From NCBI GenBank assembly GCA_030753015.1, contig JASMDC010000039.1, positions 1-33,742 of the forward strand: DNA of 33,742 bases, written 5' to 3'. The notes under the pieces are model-generated. The model was not told the origin of the DNA. It did no database searches and saw only the letters and a program-made list of their open reading frames with translations. This DNA is from Candidatus Undinarchaeales archaeon (GTDB taxonomy: Archaea; SpSt-1190; JASMDC01). This document shows, piece after piece, positions 7,755 through 18,657 of this stretch (positions within the stretch are counted from its first letter, which is position 1; each line of letters opens with the position of its first letter). Position numbers and translations under genes: made by a program.

Positions 7755-9818
7755 CTACACCCTCGGCTTGTTGCAGTGAGGGCATACTGCCAGGCTCGCA
7801 TGTATCTGTTGTCCACAGTGCGGGCAGGGGACGGTCGCAGCCACTACATCGGTAGGTGCGGGGCCGGACGGGATGAAATCCTGTGCGGTCCTGCGTGTGT
7901 AGCCGAACTGCTGCTGGCGATAGTACTGTCCCGACTGCCCCCACCCCGGTGCCTGAGCCCATTGCTGTTGTTGTTGGGGGTACTGGTATGCGTGAGGTGC
8001 CTGTGCTGCAGGAGCTTGCGCAGGTGGGGCGGGTACCTGAACGGGTTCTGGCGCTGTTCCGGGAGGCGCGACCGGAGGTTGTGCTGGAGCCTGCGCGGGA
8101 GCGGGCGCCTGATAGGAGGGTGCCCCGGGCTGCTGATAGGGTGAGGCCGCTGCGGGAGGAGTCATGGCACCACCCGAGGGCACTGCGAAAATCTGGTCAT
8201 CTGTGCGGCTCTTGGAGGCATCCACGGCGCTCTGGAGGTCCTTGGGGGACGGTTTCGCCGCGAGCTGGGGAGGCGTGATGGCGATAGGCGGTGCCTCGAC
8301 TCGGAATTCATTTCTCGTGTCGGCGAACGCCTCTTCCGGGAAGAACGTGTCCTCGGGCGGTGGCCCACCACGCCGCATGAAGATGACGAGTATACCCACG
8401 AGCAGGATGAGCCCTGCAGCTCCAGCGAGTATCATCGTGTCATCGACGGGGATGCCAAGGCCCGGGATCACGAATCCCGTCGGGGTAGGTTCGGGCGTCG
8501 GCTCCGGTGTCGCCTCGGGCGTCGGTTCCGACGTTGGTTCGGGTGTCGCCTCGGGAGTGGGCTCCGGCGTCGGCGCCAGTTCGGCGTCGGTCTTCCACGC
8601 ACCATTAACACATGCACCCCCTGTCGCGTTCCAACTGTCCGCGCCCTCGGTCCAGCAGCATCGGTCGTCATGCCAGCTCCCCTTCAGGCACTCGCATGCT
8701 TCCTGGGTAGCATTGGCCTTCGTGCAGCCGCTACAGTCGAACGTACACGTCCCACCACTGCAGGCCTGGCACTCGCCGCAGGCGTCCTCGGTCCATGAGC
8801 CGCCCTCGCACCGGCCAGCTGTCCCGCACCAGCCATCGTCCGGACCGCAGCATCGCTCCTCGGTCCACGCGCCGCCCTGGCAGGTAGTACAGAGGTGCTC
8901 GTCCGCTTGGGAGGTCCATGTCCCATCTGAGCAGTAACCCGTGGTCCCGCACCACGCCTCGTCGGGATCGTCACCACAGCACTGGCCCCCCTCCCACTTG
9001 AGGTCCTGGCAAGTGCAGCTCGTCTCATCGGTGTCAGGATCCGTGGCGACATCGTAGCAGGCGCCGTCGATGCAGCAGCCGGTCCGACACTGGTCGTTGG
9101 ATGTGCATGGCCCGCAGTCACTACCGGCCTGGACAGGCTCCCAAGTCGAACAGGTCCACCCTGCGCACGCGTCGTACCCGCTCTTCCCGGGGAAGTCCTG
9201 GGATGTGCAGTTCCAGATCTCGCACAGGCCGTCGCCCCAGGTCGCGCACTCCCAGGTCGCGCAGCTCTCGTAACTGGTGAGGACGGTCACGCACTCCCAG
9301 TCCGTGCACACGCCCTTGGCCGATGCACGGCAAACGAACGACTTGCACCCCTCTCGCCCGCTCACTAGCGGAGGGATGGCGTTCTCTGTGCAGTCCCACA
9401 AACCGCACACGTCCTTTGTTGTGTCCGTGCACGCGTACCGTGTGCAGCTCTCCCGGTCGTTACCGGCAGGAATATCGATCGAGCTGCAGTCCCAAGAGAT
9501 GCACAGTCCACGGTCCCATGCGGTGCATATGTTCTCGTCACAGCTCTGGTCGCTGATCACGGGATCTGTGGCGTTGCAGCTCCAACTCGAACACTGGCCG
9601 CCCTTGAAGTCGTTACAATTCCATACATCGCATGTCTCCTTCCCGCTACCTAATGGAGGGAGCATGATGTCGGAGCAGTCCCAATGAGCGCAGGTCTCCG
9701 ACGAGCACGGGAGCACGCCAGAGAGAGGGCCGACGGGCAGGTCGTTGTCACCGAACTTTGCCAATCCGAACACGAGGACGACGATGCCCAGGACGGCCAA
9801 GAATCGTGCTCCTCTCAC
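7755..9818 (-). CDS. Membrane protein with extracellular Cys/Trp-rich repeats, a PTPE stalk, a TM helix, a Pro/Gln-rich tail and a C-terminal double zinc ribbon
   Basis: N-terminal signal or anchor, repeats such as ESCATWECATWGDGLCEIWNC, a PTPEPTPE linker, TM ILAGAAGLILLVGILVIF followed by MRR, and C-terminal CPHCG...CPHC. Confidence 0.88.
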   Translation of the reverse strand: MRGARFLAVLGIVVLVFGLAKFGDNDLPVGPLSGVLPCSSETCAHWDCSDIMLPPLGSGKETCDVWNCNDFKGGQCSSWSCNATDPVISDQSCDENICTAWDRGLCISWDCSSIDIPAGNDRESCTRYACTDTTKDVCGLWDCTENAIPPLVSGREGCKSFVCRASAKGVCTDWECVTVLTSYESCATWECATWGDGLCEIWNCTSQDFPGKSGYDACAGWTCSTWEPVQAGSDCGPCTSNDQCRTGCCIDGACYDVATDPDTDETSCTCQDLKWEGGQCCGDDPDEAWCGTTGYCSDGTWTSQADEHLCTTCQGGAWTEERCCGPDDGWCGTAGRCEGGSWTEDACGECQACSGGTCTFDCSGCTKANATQEACECLKGSWHDDRCCWTEGADSWNATGGACVNGAWKTDAELAPTPEPTPEATPEPTSEPTPEATPEPTPEPTPTGFVIPGLGIPVDDTMILAGAAGLILLVGILVIFMRRGGPPPEDTFFPEEAFADTRNEFRVEAPPIAITPPQLAAKPSPKDLQSAVDASKSRTDDQIFAVPSGGAMTPPAAASPYQQPGAPSYQAPAPAQAPAQPPVAPPGTAPEPVQVPAPPAQAPAAQAPHAYQYPQQQQQWAQAPGWGQSGQYYRQQQFGYTRRTAQDFIPSGPAPTDVVAATVPCPHCGQQIHASLAVCPHCNKPRV
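8480..8575 (-). repeat. 12-bp coding repeat (PTPE/ATPE stalk)
   Basis: Encodes APTPEPTPEATPEPTSEPTPEATPEPTPEPTPT. Confidence 0.85.
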
Positions 9819-9891
9819 AAGTGATTGTTAGACGCAGATCGTTTATATAGGTACGGCCGGCCCGGCTGGTTAGCAAATTTAAAGATTCACG

Positions 9892-10692
9892 ATGCCATAT
9901 CAGTCGATGGAGGAAGAGCGATCCTGGACCTGGCGCGATCTCGAAGCGTTGATACTCGTCCTGGTGTTCACCGTACTGGTCTACCTCCTTTCCATGCATG
10001 TGCACACGGCGCTGGCCCTCTCAGCCATTTCCCATCTTTACATAATCACCGCAGCCATGCTCTACTTCTTCGCTCATCGGAACCCTTCAGTTGGCGAGAC
10101 CTACGAGTCGTTCTTCCTCCTCTTCATCATAGAGGGACTGACGGGTGTCGCCCTGGTCGCTCTCGTGCTGTCCGGGCTCTACGGCGCGAGGTACGTGGTG
10201 ATCTACGCCGTCCAGCTCGGCCTAATCCTTGCAGCATGCAGAGCATGGGACGACTTGGGCTCGCTGCGGCTCAGGTGGCCGCGGACGCTATCCTCGCTTG
10301 TCCTTGCGGTGGTCGGAGGTCTCCTGTTCGGTTCATTCATGGTAAGTGCTGGTGAGGGTATCATGGAGGACCACCTGAGCGCCCCCCTCTGGGGCCTGCT
10401 CCAGGCCATCGTGCTCGCACCGCTAACGGAGGAGCTCCTCTTCCGTGGCCTGATGTACACCAAGGTGCGACGTGAGTTCCCTATCATTGCGGCCTACGCG
10501 GTCTCGGGCGTCTTTGCGATCGTCCATCTCAAGCGTCGGCTCTCCGTCCCTGCCCTCTTTGGTATCTTCGCCTACGGTCTCGTGGCTACCATGGCCATGG
10601 ACGACGCCGACTCCATCCTCCCGCCTGTCATCATGCATGCAACGGCCAATGCGGTCATCTATTCAGGGCTCATCGGTCTCGCGCTCGCCTGA
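9892..10692 (+). CDS. CPBP-family (CAAX/Abi) intramembrane glutamic endopeptidase
   Basis: Multi-TM protein with the motifs EELLFRG, FAIVH and HATAN. Confidence 0.92.
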   Translation: MPYQSMEEERSWTWRDLEALILVLVFTVLVYLLSMHVHTALALSAISHLYIITAAMLYFFAHRNPSVGETYESFFLLFIIEGLTGVALVALVLSGLYGARYVVIYAVQLGLILAACRAWDDLGSLRLRWPRTLSSLVLAVVGGLLFGSFMVSAGEGIMEDHLSAPLWGLLQAIVLAPLTEELLFRGLMYTKVRREFPIIAAYAVSGVFAIVHLKRRLSVPALFGIFAYGLVATMAMDDADSILPPVIMHATANAVIYSGLIGLALA

Positions 10693-10757
10693 GCCCAAGG
10701 ATACCGGCCCGCCGCCCCCCCACAAGCTTTTTGAACCTGACCCTCCGAGCGTGGTCT

Positions 10758-13574
10758 GTGGAGGAACAGATTGTCATCCGAGGTGCTCGGGAGCACAACC
10801 TCGGGAACATCGATGTCACCTTACCACGCAACAAGCTCATCGTAGTCACGGGCCTCTCTGGCTCGGGCAAATCGACCCTGGCCTTCGACACCCTCTACGC
10901 TGAGGGTCAGCGACGGTACGTTGAGTCGCTCTCGGCATACGCCCGTCAGTTCCTCGGGTTGATGAGCAAACCGGACGTGGACTCGATCGACGGCCTCTCC
11001 CCCGCCATCTCCATCGAGCAGAAGACGGTCTCCCGCAACCCGCGAAGTACCGTGGGCACCATCACCGAGATCTACGACCACCTGCGTCTGCTGTTCGCCC
11101 GCATCGGTATCCCCCACTGCCCATCCTGCGGTGAGCCGATCCACCCGCAGACGCCCGAGATGATCGTCGACAGGCTTCTGCAGCACCCCGGTAAGGTGCT
11201 GGTCATGGCACCGGTCGTTCGTGGACGCAAGGGTACTTATGAACAGCTGTTCGAGGACCTGCGGCAGCGAGGGTTCGTTCGAGTCAAAGTGGACGGCGAG
11301 ACGTACCCCCTCGACGACGTGCCCGCCCTGGAGCGCTATGTCATCCACCACATCGCTGTGATCGTGGACAGGCTGACGGTACCGAAGAAGAAGGCCGAGC
11401 AGGATGCGATGCGTGCACGGCTCCAGGAAGCGGTGGAAACGGCGCTCTCCCTCGTGAAGGACGCCGTCATTGTCGAGTTCGACGGAGAAGAGCACATCCT
11501 CTCGATCCGAATGGCGTGCCCCAAGTGTGACGTGAGCATCGGGGAGCTCCAGCCGCGGATGTTCAGTTTCAACAATCCTTACGGTGCCTGCCCTGAGTGT
11601 CACGGTCTCGGAATCCGCACGGAGTTAGATCCCGAACTCGTCGTGCCCGACCCCACCCTCACCCTGGAAGAGGGGGCGATCAAGCCCTGGACGACACAGT
11701 ACTGGCGGATACAGTACCTCCGCGGTGTTGCCCGCCACTTCGACATCCCGATGGACACCCCATTCAATGAGCTTTCCGAGGAACATCGACACATCATCCT
11801 CCATGGGTCCCACGAGCGGATCCGGTTCGAGATGACCAGCAGGCGCGGGGACTCAGAGTACAAATTCGCTGGCAAGTATACAGGGATCGTTCCCGACCTC
11901 ATCCGCCTCCACAGGGAGACGAAGTCCGAGCGACGGCGACGTGACATCGAGCGTTTCATGACCCAGCTCCCTTGCCAGAACTGCAAGGGCAAGCGTCTGC
12001 GCCCAGAGGTCATCGCCGTCACCGTCGGTGATCTCAACATCGACGAGGTGACCTCGCTCTCCATCGCACGATGTCAGCAGTTCTTCAAGGAGCTGAAGCT
12101 CAATAAGACCCACCGGCTCATCGCAAAGCAAGTGCTCAAAGAGATCGACAAACGCCTCGATTTCCTCATGAACGTCGGCCTCGAGTACCTTAGCCTCTCG
12201 CGATCGGCGGCCACACTCTCGGCGGGTGAGACTCAGCGCATCAGGTTGGCCACCCAGATAGGTGCGAACCTGGTCGGAGTTATGTACATCCTCGACGAGC
12301 CGAGCATCGGGCTCCACCAGCGCGACAACCGACGGCTCATCGATACGCTGCTCAAGCTGCGGGATCTGGGGAACACCCTCATCGTCGTGGAACATGACGA
12401 GGAGACCATCAGGACAGCTGACCACATCGTGGACATCGGCCCAGGTGCCGGCATCCACGGAGGGCACATCGTCGCCCAGGGCACCGTCACGGACATCAAG
12501 GGATGCGAGGATTCGATCACCGGGAAGTACCTTTCCGGCAAGAAGACCATCCCGATACCAGAGCAGCGTCGCGAGCCGTCAGGCGGGCTCACCGTGGTCG
12601 GAGCACGGGAGAACAACCTCAAGCACATCGACGTGCGCATCCCTCTGGGGGTGCTATGCCTTGTAACGGGCGTGTCGGGCTCGGGGAAGTCCACTCTCGT
12701 CAACCTCACGCTCAAGCGGGCGCTCAAGCAGCGCTTCTACCGCTCATCCGATAGGGCAGGAGCCCACGACCGCATTGATGGGATCGACCAGCTCGACAAG
12801 GTCATCGCCATCGACCAGAGCCCCATCGGCCGCACCCCGCGATCCAATCCCGCTACATACACTGGGCTGTTCACCCCCATCCGCGAACTCTTCGCCACCA
12901 CTTCAGAGGCAAAGGTGCGCGGGTACAAGCCGGGGCGGTTCTCCTTCAACGTCAAGGCCGGCCAGTGTCATGCCTGTGTGGGTGCGGGGCTCATCTGCAT
13001 CGAGATGAACTTTCTGCCGGACATCTACATCCCTTGCGAAGAGTGCAAGGGAACGCGTTACAACCGCGAGACGCTGCAGGTCACCTACAAGGAGAAGAGC
13101 ATCGCTGATGTGTTGGACATGACCGTTGAGGAGGCATTGCGTTTCTTCGAGAACATCCCTAAGATCCGACGCAGGCTCCAGACCATCATGGACGTGGGCC
13201 TGGGCTATATCAAGCTCGGACAGTCAGCGACGACGCTCTCGGGCGGTGAGGCGCAGCGCGTGAAGCTCTCCTCCGAGCTGTCAAAGCGCGGAACTGGTCG
13301 TACGCTTTACATCCTCGACGAGCCCACAACAGGCCTCCACTTCGACGATGTGAAGAAGCTCCTGAAGGTGCTCGACCGCCTCGTTGAGAAGGGGAACTCG
13401 ATTGTTGTCATCGAGCATAACCTGGACGTCATCAAGTGCGCGGACCGCATTATCGACCTGGGGCCCGAGGGCGGTGAGGCTGGCGGGACCGTTATAGCTG
13501 AGGGTACACCCGAACAGGTGGCCCGCAGCAGGAAGAGCTACACCGGCAAGTTCCTGCGAGGGATGCTCGGGTGA
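10758..13574 (+). CDS. uvrA: Excinuclease ABC subunit A
   Basis: [30 protein letters not shown], zinc fingers, and a second ABC domain with GVSGSGKS and LSGGEAQR. The start is placed at the GTG at 10758. Confidence 0.98.
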   Translation: MEEQIVIRGAREHNLGNIDVTLPRNKLIVVTGLSGSGKSTLAFDTLYAEGQRRYVESLSAYARQFLGLMSKPDVDSIDGLSPAISIEQKTVSRNPRSTVGTITEIYDHLRLLFARIGIPHCPSCGEPIHPQTPEMIVDRLLQHPGKVLVMAPVVRGRKGTYEQLFEDLRQRGFVRVKVDGETYPLDDVPALERYVIHHIAVIVDRLTVPKKKAEQDAMRARLQEAVETALSLVKDAVIVEFDGEEHILSIRMACPKCDVSIGELQPRMFSFNNPYGACPECHGLGIRTELDPELVVPDPTLTLEEGAIKPWTTQYWRIQYLRGVARHFDIPMDTPFNELSEEHRHIILHGSHERIRFEMTSRRGDSEYKFAGKYTGIVPDLIRLHRETKSERRRRDIERFMTQLPCQNCKGKRLRPEVIAVTVGDLNIDEVTSLSIARCQQFFKELKLNKTHRLIAKQVLKEIDKRLDFLMNVGLEYLSLSRSAATLSAGETQRIRLATQIGANLVGVMYILDEPSIGLHQRDNRRLIDTLLKLRDLGNTLIVVEHDEETIRTADHIVDIGPGAGIHGGHIVAQGTVTDIKGCEDSITGKYLSGKKTIPIPEQRREPSGGLTVVGARENNLKHIDVRIPLGVLCLVTGVSGSGKSTLVNLTLKRALKQRFYRSSDRAGAHDRIDGIDQLDKVIAIDQSPIGRTPRSNPATYTGLFTPIRELFATTSEAKVRGYKPGRFSFNVKAGQCHACVGAGLICIEMNFLPDIYIPCEECKGTRYNRETLQVTYKEKSIADVLDMTVEEALRFFENIPKIRRRLQTIMDVGLGYIKLGQSATTLSGGEAQRVKLSSELSKRGTGRTLYILDEPTTGLHFDDVKKLLKVLDRLVEKGNSIVVIEHNLDVIKCADRIIDLGPEGGEAGGTVIAEGTPEQVARSRKSYTGKFLRGMLG

Positions 13575-15334
13575 GGCCACCGGCGGTCGACGACCTTCCT
13601 CACCGACCAGGCGTGTACCTCTTCAAGAACGCCTCGGGCGACGTCATATACATCGGAAAGGCAAAGGATCTGCGCAAACGTGTGAGCTCATACTTCCAAA
13701 AGACCACGCTCCCCGAGCGGACACGGCAGCTCGTGGCCGAGGTCCGTGACGTGGAGGTTACTATCACAACATCTGAACTTGAGGCGCTGGTGCTGGAGGC
13801 TGAGCTCGTCCGCAAGCGCCGACCGAGGTATAATGCCGACCTGGCCATGGCGCAGCGCTACGCGTACATCCGCATCACGCGGGAGGAGTGGCCACGTGTA
13901 GTGAGGGCGTGGAAGGTGGAGAAGGGGGCTGGCGAGCACTACGGCCCCTACCCATCCGGCGCTAGCCGCAACCAGGTCCTGCGTATGTCCCGCAGGCTGT
14001 TCGGGCTGCGTTCCTGTAAGCGAATGCCGAACAAAGCCTGCCTGTACCTCCGCCTCGGTATGTGCTGTGCACCCTGCGAGGAACACGTTACCCGCCGTGA
14101 CTACCTCCATCGTGTGAGCAAGGCCCGTCGACTCCTGAAGGGTGATGTCGATGGTCTCGCCCGCCAGTTGGAGCGGGAGATGAAGACATGTGTCAAGGAA
14201 ATGCAGTACGAGCGGGCCGCCGAGTGCCGGGACAGGCTGCAAGCGCTGGAGCACATGGCACAATATCGGAAGGTCGCGGCCAGGACGGCCCAGGACGTGG
14301 ACATCGTCGCGTTCGAGGTCTCCAAGGGTGTCTGTCGCGTGCTGATCATCGAACTGCGTCGGGGATTGGTGATGGACCGCCACAGGTTGGAGACGGAAGG
14401 TCTCGATACGGAGGGGCTCGTCTCACTCCTATGCCAACATTACACCCGCACCCCCGTACCCGACAAAGTCGTACTTTCCAGAACCCTCCCGAATCCCGGT
14501 CTTCTCCAGGACTACCTCGATAGGAAGCGTCCAGGGGCAGAGGTCGTGACGTCCGCCGAGGAGGATCAAGAGCTCACCGAACTTGCCCGCATGGCAGTGC
14601 GCAGCCTGACCGTCCGTGGTGCAGAGGCCGAGGAGACCGCCGTCATGAAGGACGTGAAGAGCGTACTGGGCCTCAGACGGCTTCCGCGTACCGCGGCGTG
14701 CGTCGATATATCCACGCACCACGGAACTGCCCCAGTGGGTTCGTGGGTGGTGTTCCGCGAGGGACGCCCCGCGAAGGACCTCTACCGGCGGTTCGCTATC
14801 CGAAAGGCCAGCGGCACGGATGATCCCGCCATGGTGGCCGAGGTCGTGCAGCGTCGGTTCACTGGATCGCTCGCTAGCGAAGAGCCGCCCGACCTCCTGC
14901 TCATCGATGGGGGTTCCACCCAGCTGGGCGCGGCCCGGCGTGTCCTAGATCGGCTTGGTCTCTCTCGGACGATCGACCTCGCCTCTCTGGCCAAGGAGGA
15001 GGAGCGCGTCCACCGTCCGCGGCGGGATCCGATGATCCTTGACCCCGGGACACCGGCGTTCAGGTTCTGCACATCGTTACGGGACGAGGCCCATCGGTTC
15101 GCCGTGGACTATCACCGGAATAAACGGTCGAAGAGCCTCGCCAGCAGTGTGCTTGACAGGATCAACGGTATCGGCAAGAAGCGAAAACAAGCGCTGTTGC
15201 AGGCGTTCGGCTCCCCAGCAGGTGTACTGGCCGCTGACGAGGCGGAGGTCGCCAGTGTTGTGGGGAAGGGCATGTCGCGTCGGGTCAGGCAGTACCTTCT
15301 GGACCGGGAGGACGATCGGGCGAGCCGGGAGTGA
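13571..15334 (+). CDS. uvrC: Excinuclease ABC subunit C
   Basis: GIY-YIG domain (PGVYLF...[13 protein letters not shown]), Cys cluster, UVR domain, RNase H-like [15 protein letters not shown] and HhH. It overlaps uvrA by GTGA. Confidence 0.97.
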   Translation: MRPPAVDDLPHRPGVYLFKNASGDVIYIGKAKDLRKRVSSYFQKTTLPERTRQLVAEVRDVEVTITTSELEALVLEAELVRKRRPRYNADLAMAQRYAYIRITREEWPRVVRAWKVEKGAGEHYGPYPSGASRNQVLRMSRRLFGLRSCKRMPNKACLYLRLGMCCAPCEEHVTRRDYLHRVSKARRLLKGDVDGLARQLEREMKTCVKEMQYERAAECRDRLQALEHMAQYRKVAARTAQDVDIVAFEVSKGVCRVLIIELRRGLVMDRHRLETEGLDTEGLVSLLCQHYTRTPVPDKVVLSRTLPNPGLLQDYLDRKRPGAEVVTSAEEDQELTELARMAVRSLTVRGAEAEETAVMKDVKSVLGLRRLPRTAACVDISTHHGTAPVGSWVVFREGRPAKDLYRRFAIRKASGTDDPAMVAEVVQRRFTGSLASEEPPDLLLIDGGSTQLGAARRVLDRLGLSRTIDLASLAKEEERVHRPRRDPMILDPGTPAFRFCTSLRDEAHRFAVDYHRNKRSKSLASSVLDRINGIGKKRKQALLQAFGSPAGVLAADEAEVASVVGKGMSRRVRQYLLDREDDRASRE

Positions 15335-15348
15335 TCCCGCCTGCATGG

Positions 15349-15939
15349 TCAGTACGAACCGCTGAAGTAGAGCGCAATGGCCACTGATGCTACGATGGCC
15401 AAGACAACGCTGGTCATCACCCACCACCGGACCCAGCGGTCCATTTCGAATCCGATCTCCACTCCACGCTCCCGGAGAAGGTCCTCGATCCGCCTGAGGT
15501 CCGTTGCCAATCCACCGATGCGATGCGTTCGGCCGTAGGTGTCCTTGAGCTCGAGCGCCAGATAGGCACGGTCTCGTTGCCCGCGTTTAGAAGCGAGCGT
15601 GAAATTCGCTTGATCGATCTCACGCACGTCCAGGTTGAGAGGTAGGTCCTCGTCGAACACGACACCCGGGACGACGAGCGAGTTACCATGGAATCTTATC
15701 GGTTCCGGTTCGGGATGCTCGATCCGTGCGAAGTACAACCGGGCAGCCACCCAGGAAAAGAGCGCGAACGCGACCAGCCAGCCTTCGCCAATCCAAGTAT
15801 CATGGAAACTGTACTGCAGGAGCGCGAAAGGGACGACCGTCGACAACGAGAGCATACGTGATCGTGCTGATAGACGGAGCCCGGGTGTGAAGAGAGGCAC
15901 CAGGGCAAGTTCGCCTTTAGTTCCGCCTTCACCCTCCAT
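15349..15939 (-). CDS. Hypothetical membrane protein (two N-terminal TMs, soluble beta domain, C-terminal TM)
   Basis: Hydrophobic segments, and it fills the gap directly downstream of the malic enzyme gene. The start could be 15939 (ATG) or 15945 (GTG). Confidence 0.7.
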   Translation of the reverse strand: MEGEGGTKGELALVPLFTPGLRLSARSRMLSLSTVVPFALLQYSFHDTWIGEGWLVAFALFSWVAARLYFARIEHPEPEPIRFHGNSLVVPGVVFDEDLPLNLDVREIDQANFTLASKRGQRDRAYLALELKDTYGRTHRIGGLATDLRRIEDLLRERGVEIGFEMDRWVRWWVMTSVVLAIVASVAIALYFSGSY

Positions 15940-15954
15940 GAGCACACCAGGACA

Positions 15955-17319
15955 CTACTCGTCCGGCGGTGGGGGCGGGATGAATCCCTCCTTCATAAGG
16001 AGAGCCGTTTGTTCCCGTGCCCGGCGGATGATGGACTCGGCATGCTCGTACAGTTCCTGGCGGGACACCTTATTTCGGGCGATCCCCTGCTCCATGGCCT
16101 TCATACCGACAGCGAGCGCCTCCCGAGGGAAGACCTCCCAGTCGGTCATATCGGGCACGATATGGTCATTGCTCAGGCCCCGGTCCTCGGCCGTCTTGGC
16201 GATTTCCAGAGCGGCAGCGATGCACATCTCGTCGGTGATGGTCGTCGCCCGCACATCCAGGGTACCACGGAATATGCCAGGGAAGCCCAGAGAGTTGTTG
16301 GCCTGGTTGGGGAAATCCGAGCGTCCGGTAGCGACGATGACCGCTCCTGCCTCCTTGGCCTCCCAAGGCCAGATCTCCGGGATCGGATTGGCGCACGTGA
16401 ATACCACAGCATCCTCGTTCATGGCCGCGATCATCTCCTTCTTGATGATGCCGGGACCGGGCCGCGAGCTGGCGACCAGTACGTCGGTGTCGCGGATGCA
16501 CTCGGCCATGTCACCTGTACGCCCTCCGCTGTTTGAGTTAAGGCACATGTCCCACTTGCCCTCGTACTCGGTGCCCTCGAACTCCGTCCGTCCGGGGTGT
16601 AGGACGCCCTTTGAGTCGCACATTATGATGTTCCGCTTGGTGATACCGGCTGCCACCAGCATCCGTGAGATGGCGATATTGGCCGCGCCCGCACCCACCA
16701 TAGAGACTACAGTGTCCTCCATCTTTCTGCCCGTTAGCTTGAGTGCATTGATGACACCGGCGACGACGATGGTGGCCGTACCCTGCTGGTCGTCGTGCCA
16801 GATGGGGATCTCGGCCTCCTCCCGCAAGCGGTCGAGGATGTAGAAGCACTTGGGATTGGCGATGTCCTCCAGGTTGATCCCGCCGAACGATGGCTGAATG
16901 AGCTTGACCGTCTCGATGATCGCATCGGGATCCTTGGTGTCCAGGCAGATGGGTACCGCATCCACCCCTCCGAGGTATTTGAAGATGAGCGCCTTCCCCT
17001 CCATGACGGGCATGGCCGCCTCCGGTCCGATGTCGCCGAGACCGAGCACTCTAGTGCCGTCGGAGACAATAGCTATGGTGTTCCAGCGGTTGGTAAGCTC
17101 GTAGGAGAGGAGCGGATCCTCCTTGATCTGGAGGCAAGGTTCCGCGACACCCGGCGTGTACCAGATCCCGAAGTCGTTCAGGTCGCGGATGACGCACTTG
17201 GGCGTCATCTCAATCTTGCCTCGGTAGAACGGATGGTAGCGCTTGGCGTCCTGTGCCGGTTTGTAGGCCTTGGCCAGAAGCTCTTCCTTGGTCACCTTCT
17301 TCGTCCCGTCGCCTGCCAT
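15955..17319 (-). CDS. mae: NAD(P)-dependent malic enzyme (archaeal single-domain type)
   Basis: YTPGVA, SDGTRVLGLGDIG, MEGKA, INLEDI, HDDQQGTA, GAGAA, ANPIPEI and NNSLGFPGIFRG. Confidence 0.95.
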   Translation of the reverse strand: MAGDGTKKVTKEELLAKAYKPAQDAKRYHPFYRGKIEMTPKCVIRDLNDFGIWYTPGVAEPCLQIKEDPLLSYELTNRWNTIAIVSDGTRVLGLGDIGPEAAMPVMEGKALIFKYLGGVDAVPICLDTKDPDAIIETVKLIQPSFGGINLEDIANPKCFYILDRLREEAEIPIWHDDQQGTATIVVAGVINALKLTGRKMEDTVVSMVGAGAANIAISRMLVAAGITKRNIIMCDSKGVLHPGRTEFEGTEYEGKWDMCLNSNSGGRTGDMAECIRDTDVLVASSRPGPGIIKKEMIAAMNEDAVVFTCANPIPEIWPWEAKEAGAVIVATGRSDFPNQANNSLGFPGIFRGTLDVRATTITDEMCIAAALEIAKTAEDRGLSNDHIVPDMTDWEVFPREALAVGMKAMEQGIARNKVSRQELYEHAESIIRRAREQTALLMKEGFIPPPPPDE

Positions 17320-17431
17320 GATGCTCCCCTCAGATTACATTCCGCACCCTTAAATGTCTGCCCTAGGGGTGCGTCGCCCCCGGGCCAATCTTTTTAAGTA
17401 TCCTCGGACCGTGCTCGAAAGGGACAGTACG

Positions 17432-18631
17432 ATGTCAATCCAGATCTCATCCCGGACAAAGGCTATGCAGCCCTCAGCCACCCTGGCCTTCAACGACCGC
17501 ATGATGGCCATGAGAAAGAAGGACCCTTCCACCATCAGTTTCGGCGTCGGTGAGCCCGACCTCCCTACGCCCGAGCATATCAAACAAGCAGCACGTAAAG
17601 CGATGGTGGAGAACAGGACCCGTTACACTTCGGCCGGCGGTATGGCCGAGCTGAAAGACGCGGTAAGCATGAAGTACAAGCGTGACAATGGTCTCGACTA
17701 CGGTCCAGACCAGGTCATGGTGGCACCCGGTGCGAAACAGGTGATCGGTATGGCGCTGCTGTCCTTGTGCGATCCCGGGGACGAGGTGCTCGTCCCCTGC
17801 CCCTACTGGATATCCTTCATCGATCAGATACGGTTCGCGAGTGGTGAGCCGATCCCCGTCCCCACCCGCCAGGACGAGGGTTTTGTGCCTCATGCGGATG
17901 TCATCGCCGATCATGTCACTGAACGCACACGAGCGATCATCCTCAATACCCCCAACAATCCGACAGGTGCCGTGTACCCGCGGGCGGAACTCGAGCGGAT
18001 CGCTGACGTGTGCGTAGAGAACGATATCGTCGTCATCGCCGACTCCCTCTACGAATCGCTGGTTTTCGGCGGTGCCGAGCACGTACCCATCGCATCACTG
18101 GGAGAGGAGATAAACGATCTGACGCTCACGGTCGCGGGTGTCTCGAAGTCATACTGCATGACGGGATGGCGTGTGGGATTCGGCGGCGGACCCGTCGATC
18201 TCATCAAGGCCCTCACCAAGATCAATGGACAACTGTCCACATGCGCAAACTCCATCGCACAGTGGGCAGCGCTGGAGGCACTCACCGGACCCCAGGAGCC
18301 GTTAAAGGTCATCGCAGATGAGTTCGCCGCCCGTCGTGACCTTGCGATCAAGCTCCTTGGAGAGGTCGATGGTATCTCCTTCGCCCCCCCCATGGGAGCG
18401 TTCTATATCTACATCAACTGCTCTGAGCTGTTCGGTCGGACCGCCGGCAACACGACCCTTAACAACGCCACGGACGTGTCCAACTACTTCATCGACGAGG
18501 CGCGGATTGGGCTCATCCCCTCCACGGTCTTTGGTGACACAGGCCACTTGCGCCTTGCCTACACGACGTCACAGGAGGATCTGGCAGAGGGCGTACAGCG
18601 TATGGACTCCGCAATCGCAAAGCTGAAATAG
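17432..18631 (+). CDS. PLP-dependent aminotransferase class I/II (aspartate aminotransferase-like)
   Basis: GEPD, GAKQ, NTPNNPTG and SKSYCMTGWRVG. A TATA-like TTTTTAAG at about 17391 supports the ATG at 17432. Divergent from the malic enzyme gene. Confidence 0.93.
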   Translation: MSIQISSRTKAMQPSATLAFNDRMMAMRKKDPSTISFGVGEPDLPTPEHIKQAARKAMVENRTRYTSAGGMAELKDAVSMKYKRDNGLDYGPDQVMVAPGAKQVIGMALLSLCDPGDEVLVPCPYWISFIDQIRFASGEPIPVPTRQDEGFVPHADVIADHVTERTRAIILNTPNNPTGAVYPRAELERIADVCVENDIVVIADSLYESLVFGGAEHVPIASLGEEINDLTLTVAGVSKSYCMTGWRVGFGGGPVDLIKALTKINGQLSTCANSIAQWAALEALTGPQEPLKVIADEFAARRDLAIKLLGEVDGISFAPPMGAFYIYINCSELFGRTAGNTTLNNATDVSNYFIDEARIGLIPSTVFGDTGHLRLAYTTSQEDLAEGVQRMDSAIAKLK

Positions 18632-18657
18632 ACCGTCGGTAGAAGGGAAAAAGACGC

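Noticed and set aside
12214-12240. UvrA first ABC signature reads LSAGE instead of LSGGE
   Set aside because: It is a single conservative change with all other motifs intact, which is not evidence of altered function.
15635-16843. 402-aa + strand ORF
   Set aside because: It is antisense to the well-supported malic enzyme and membrane protein genes.
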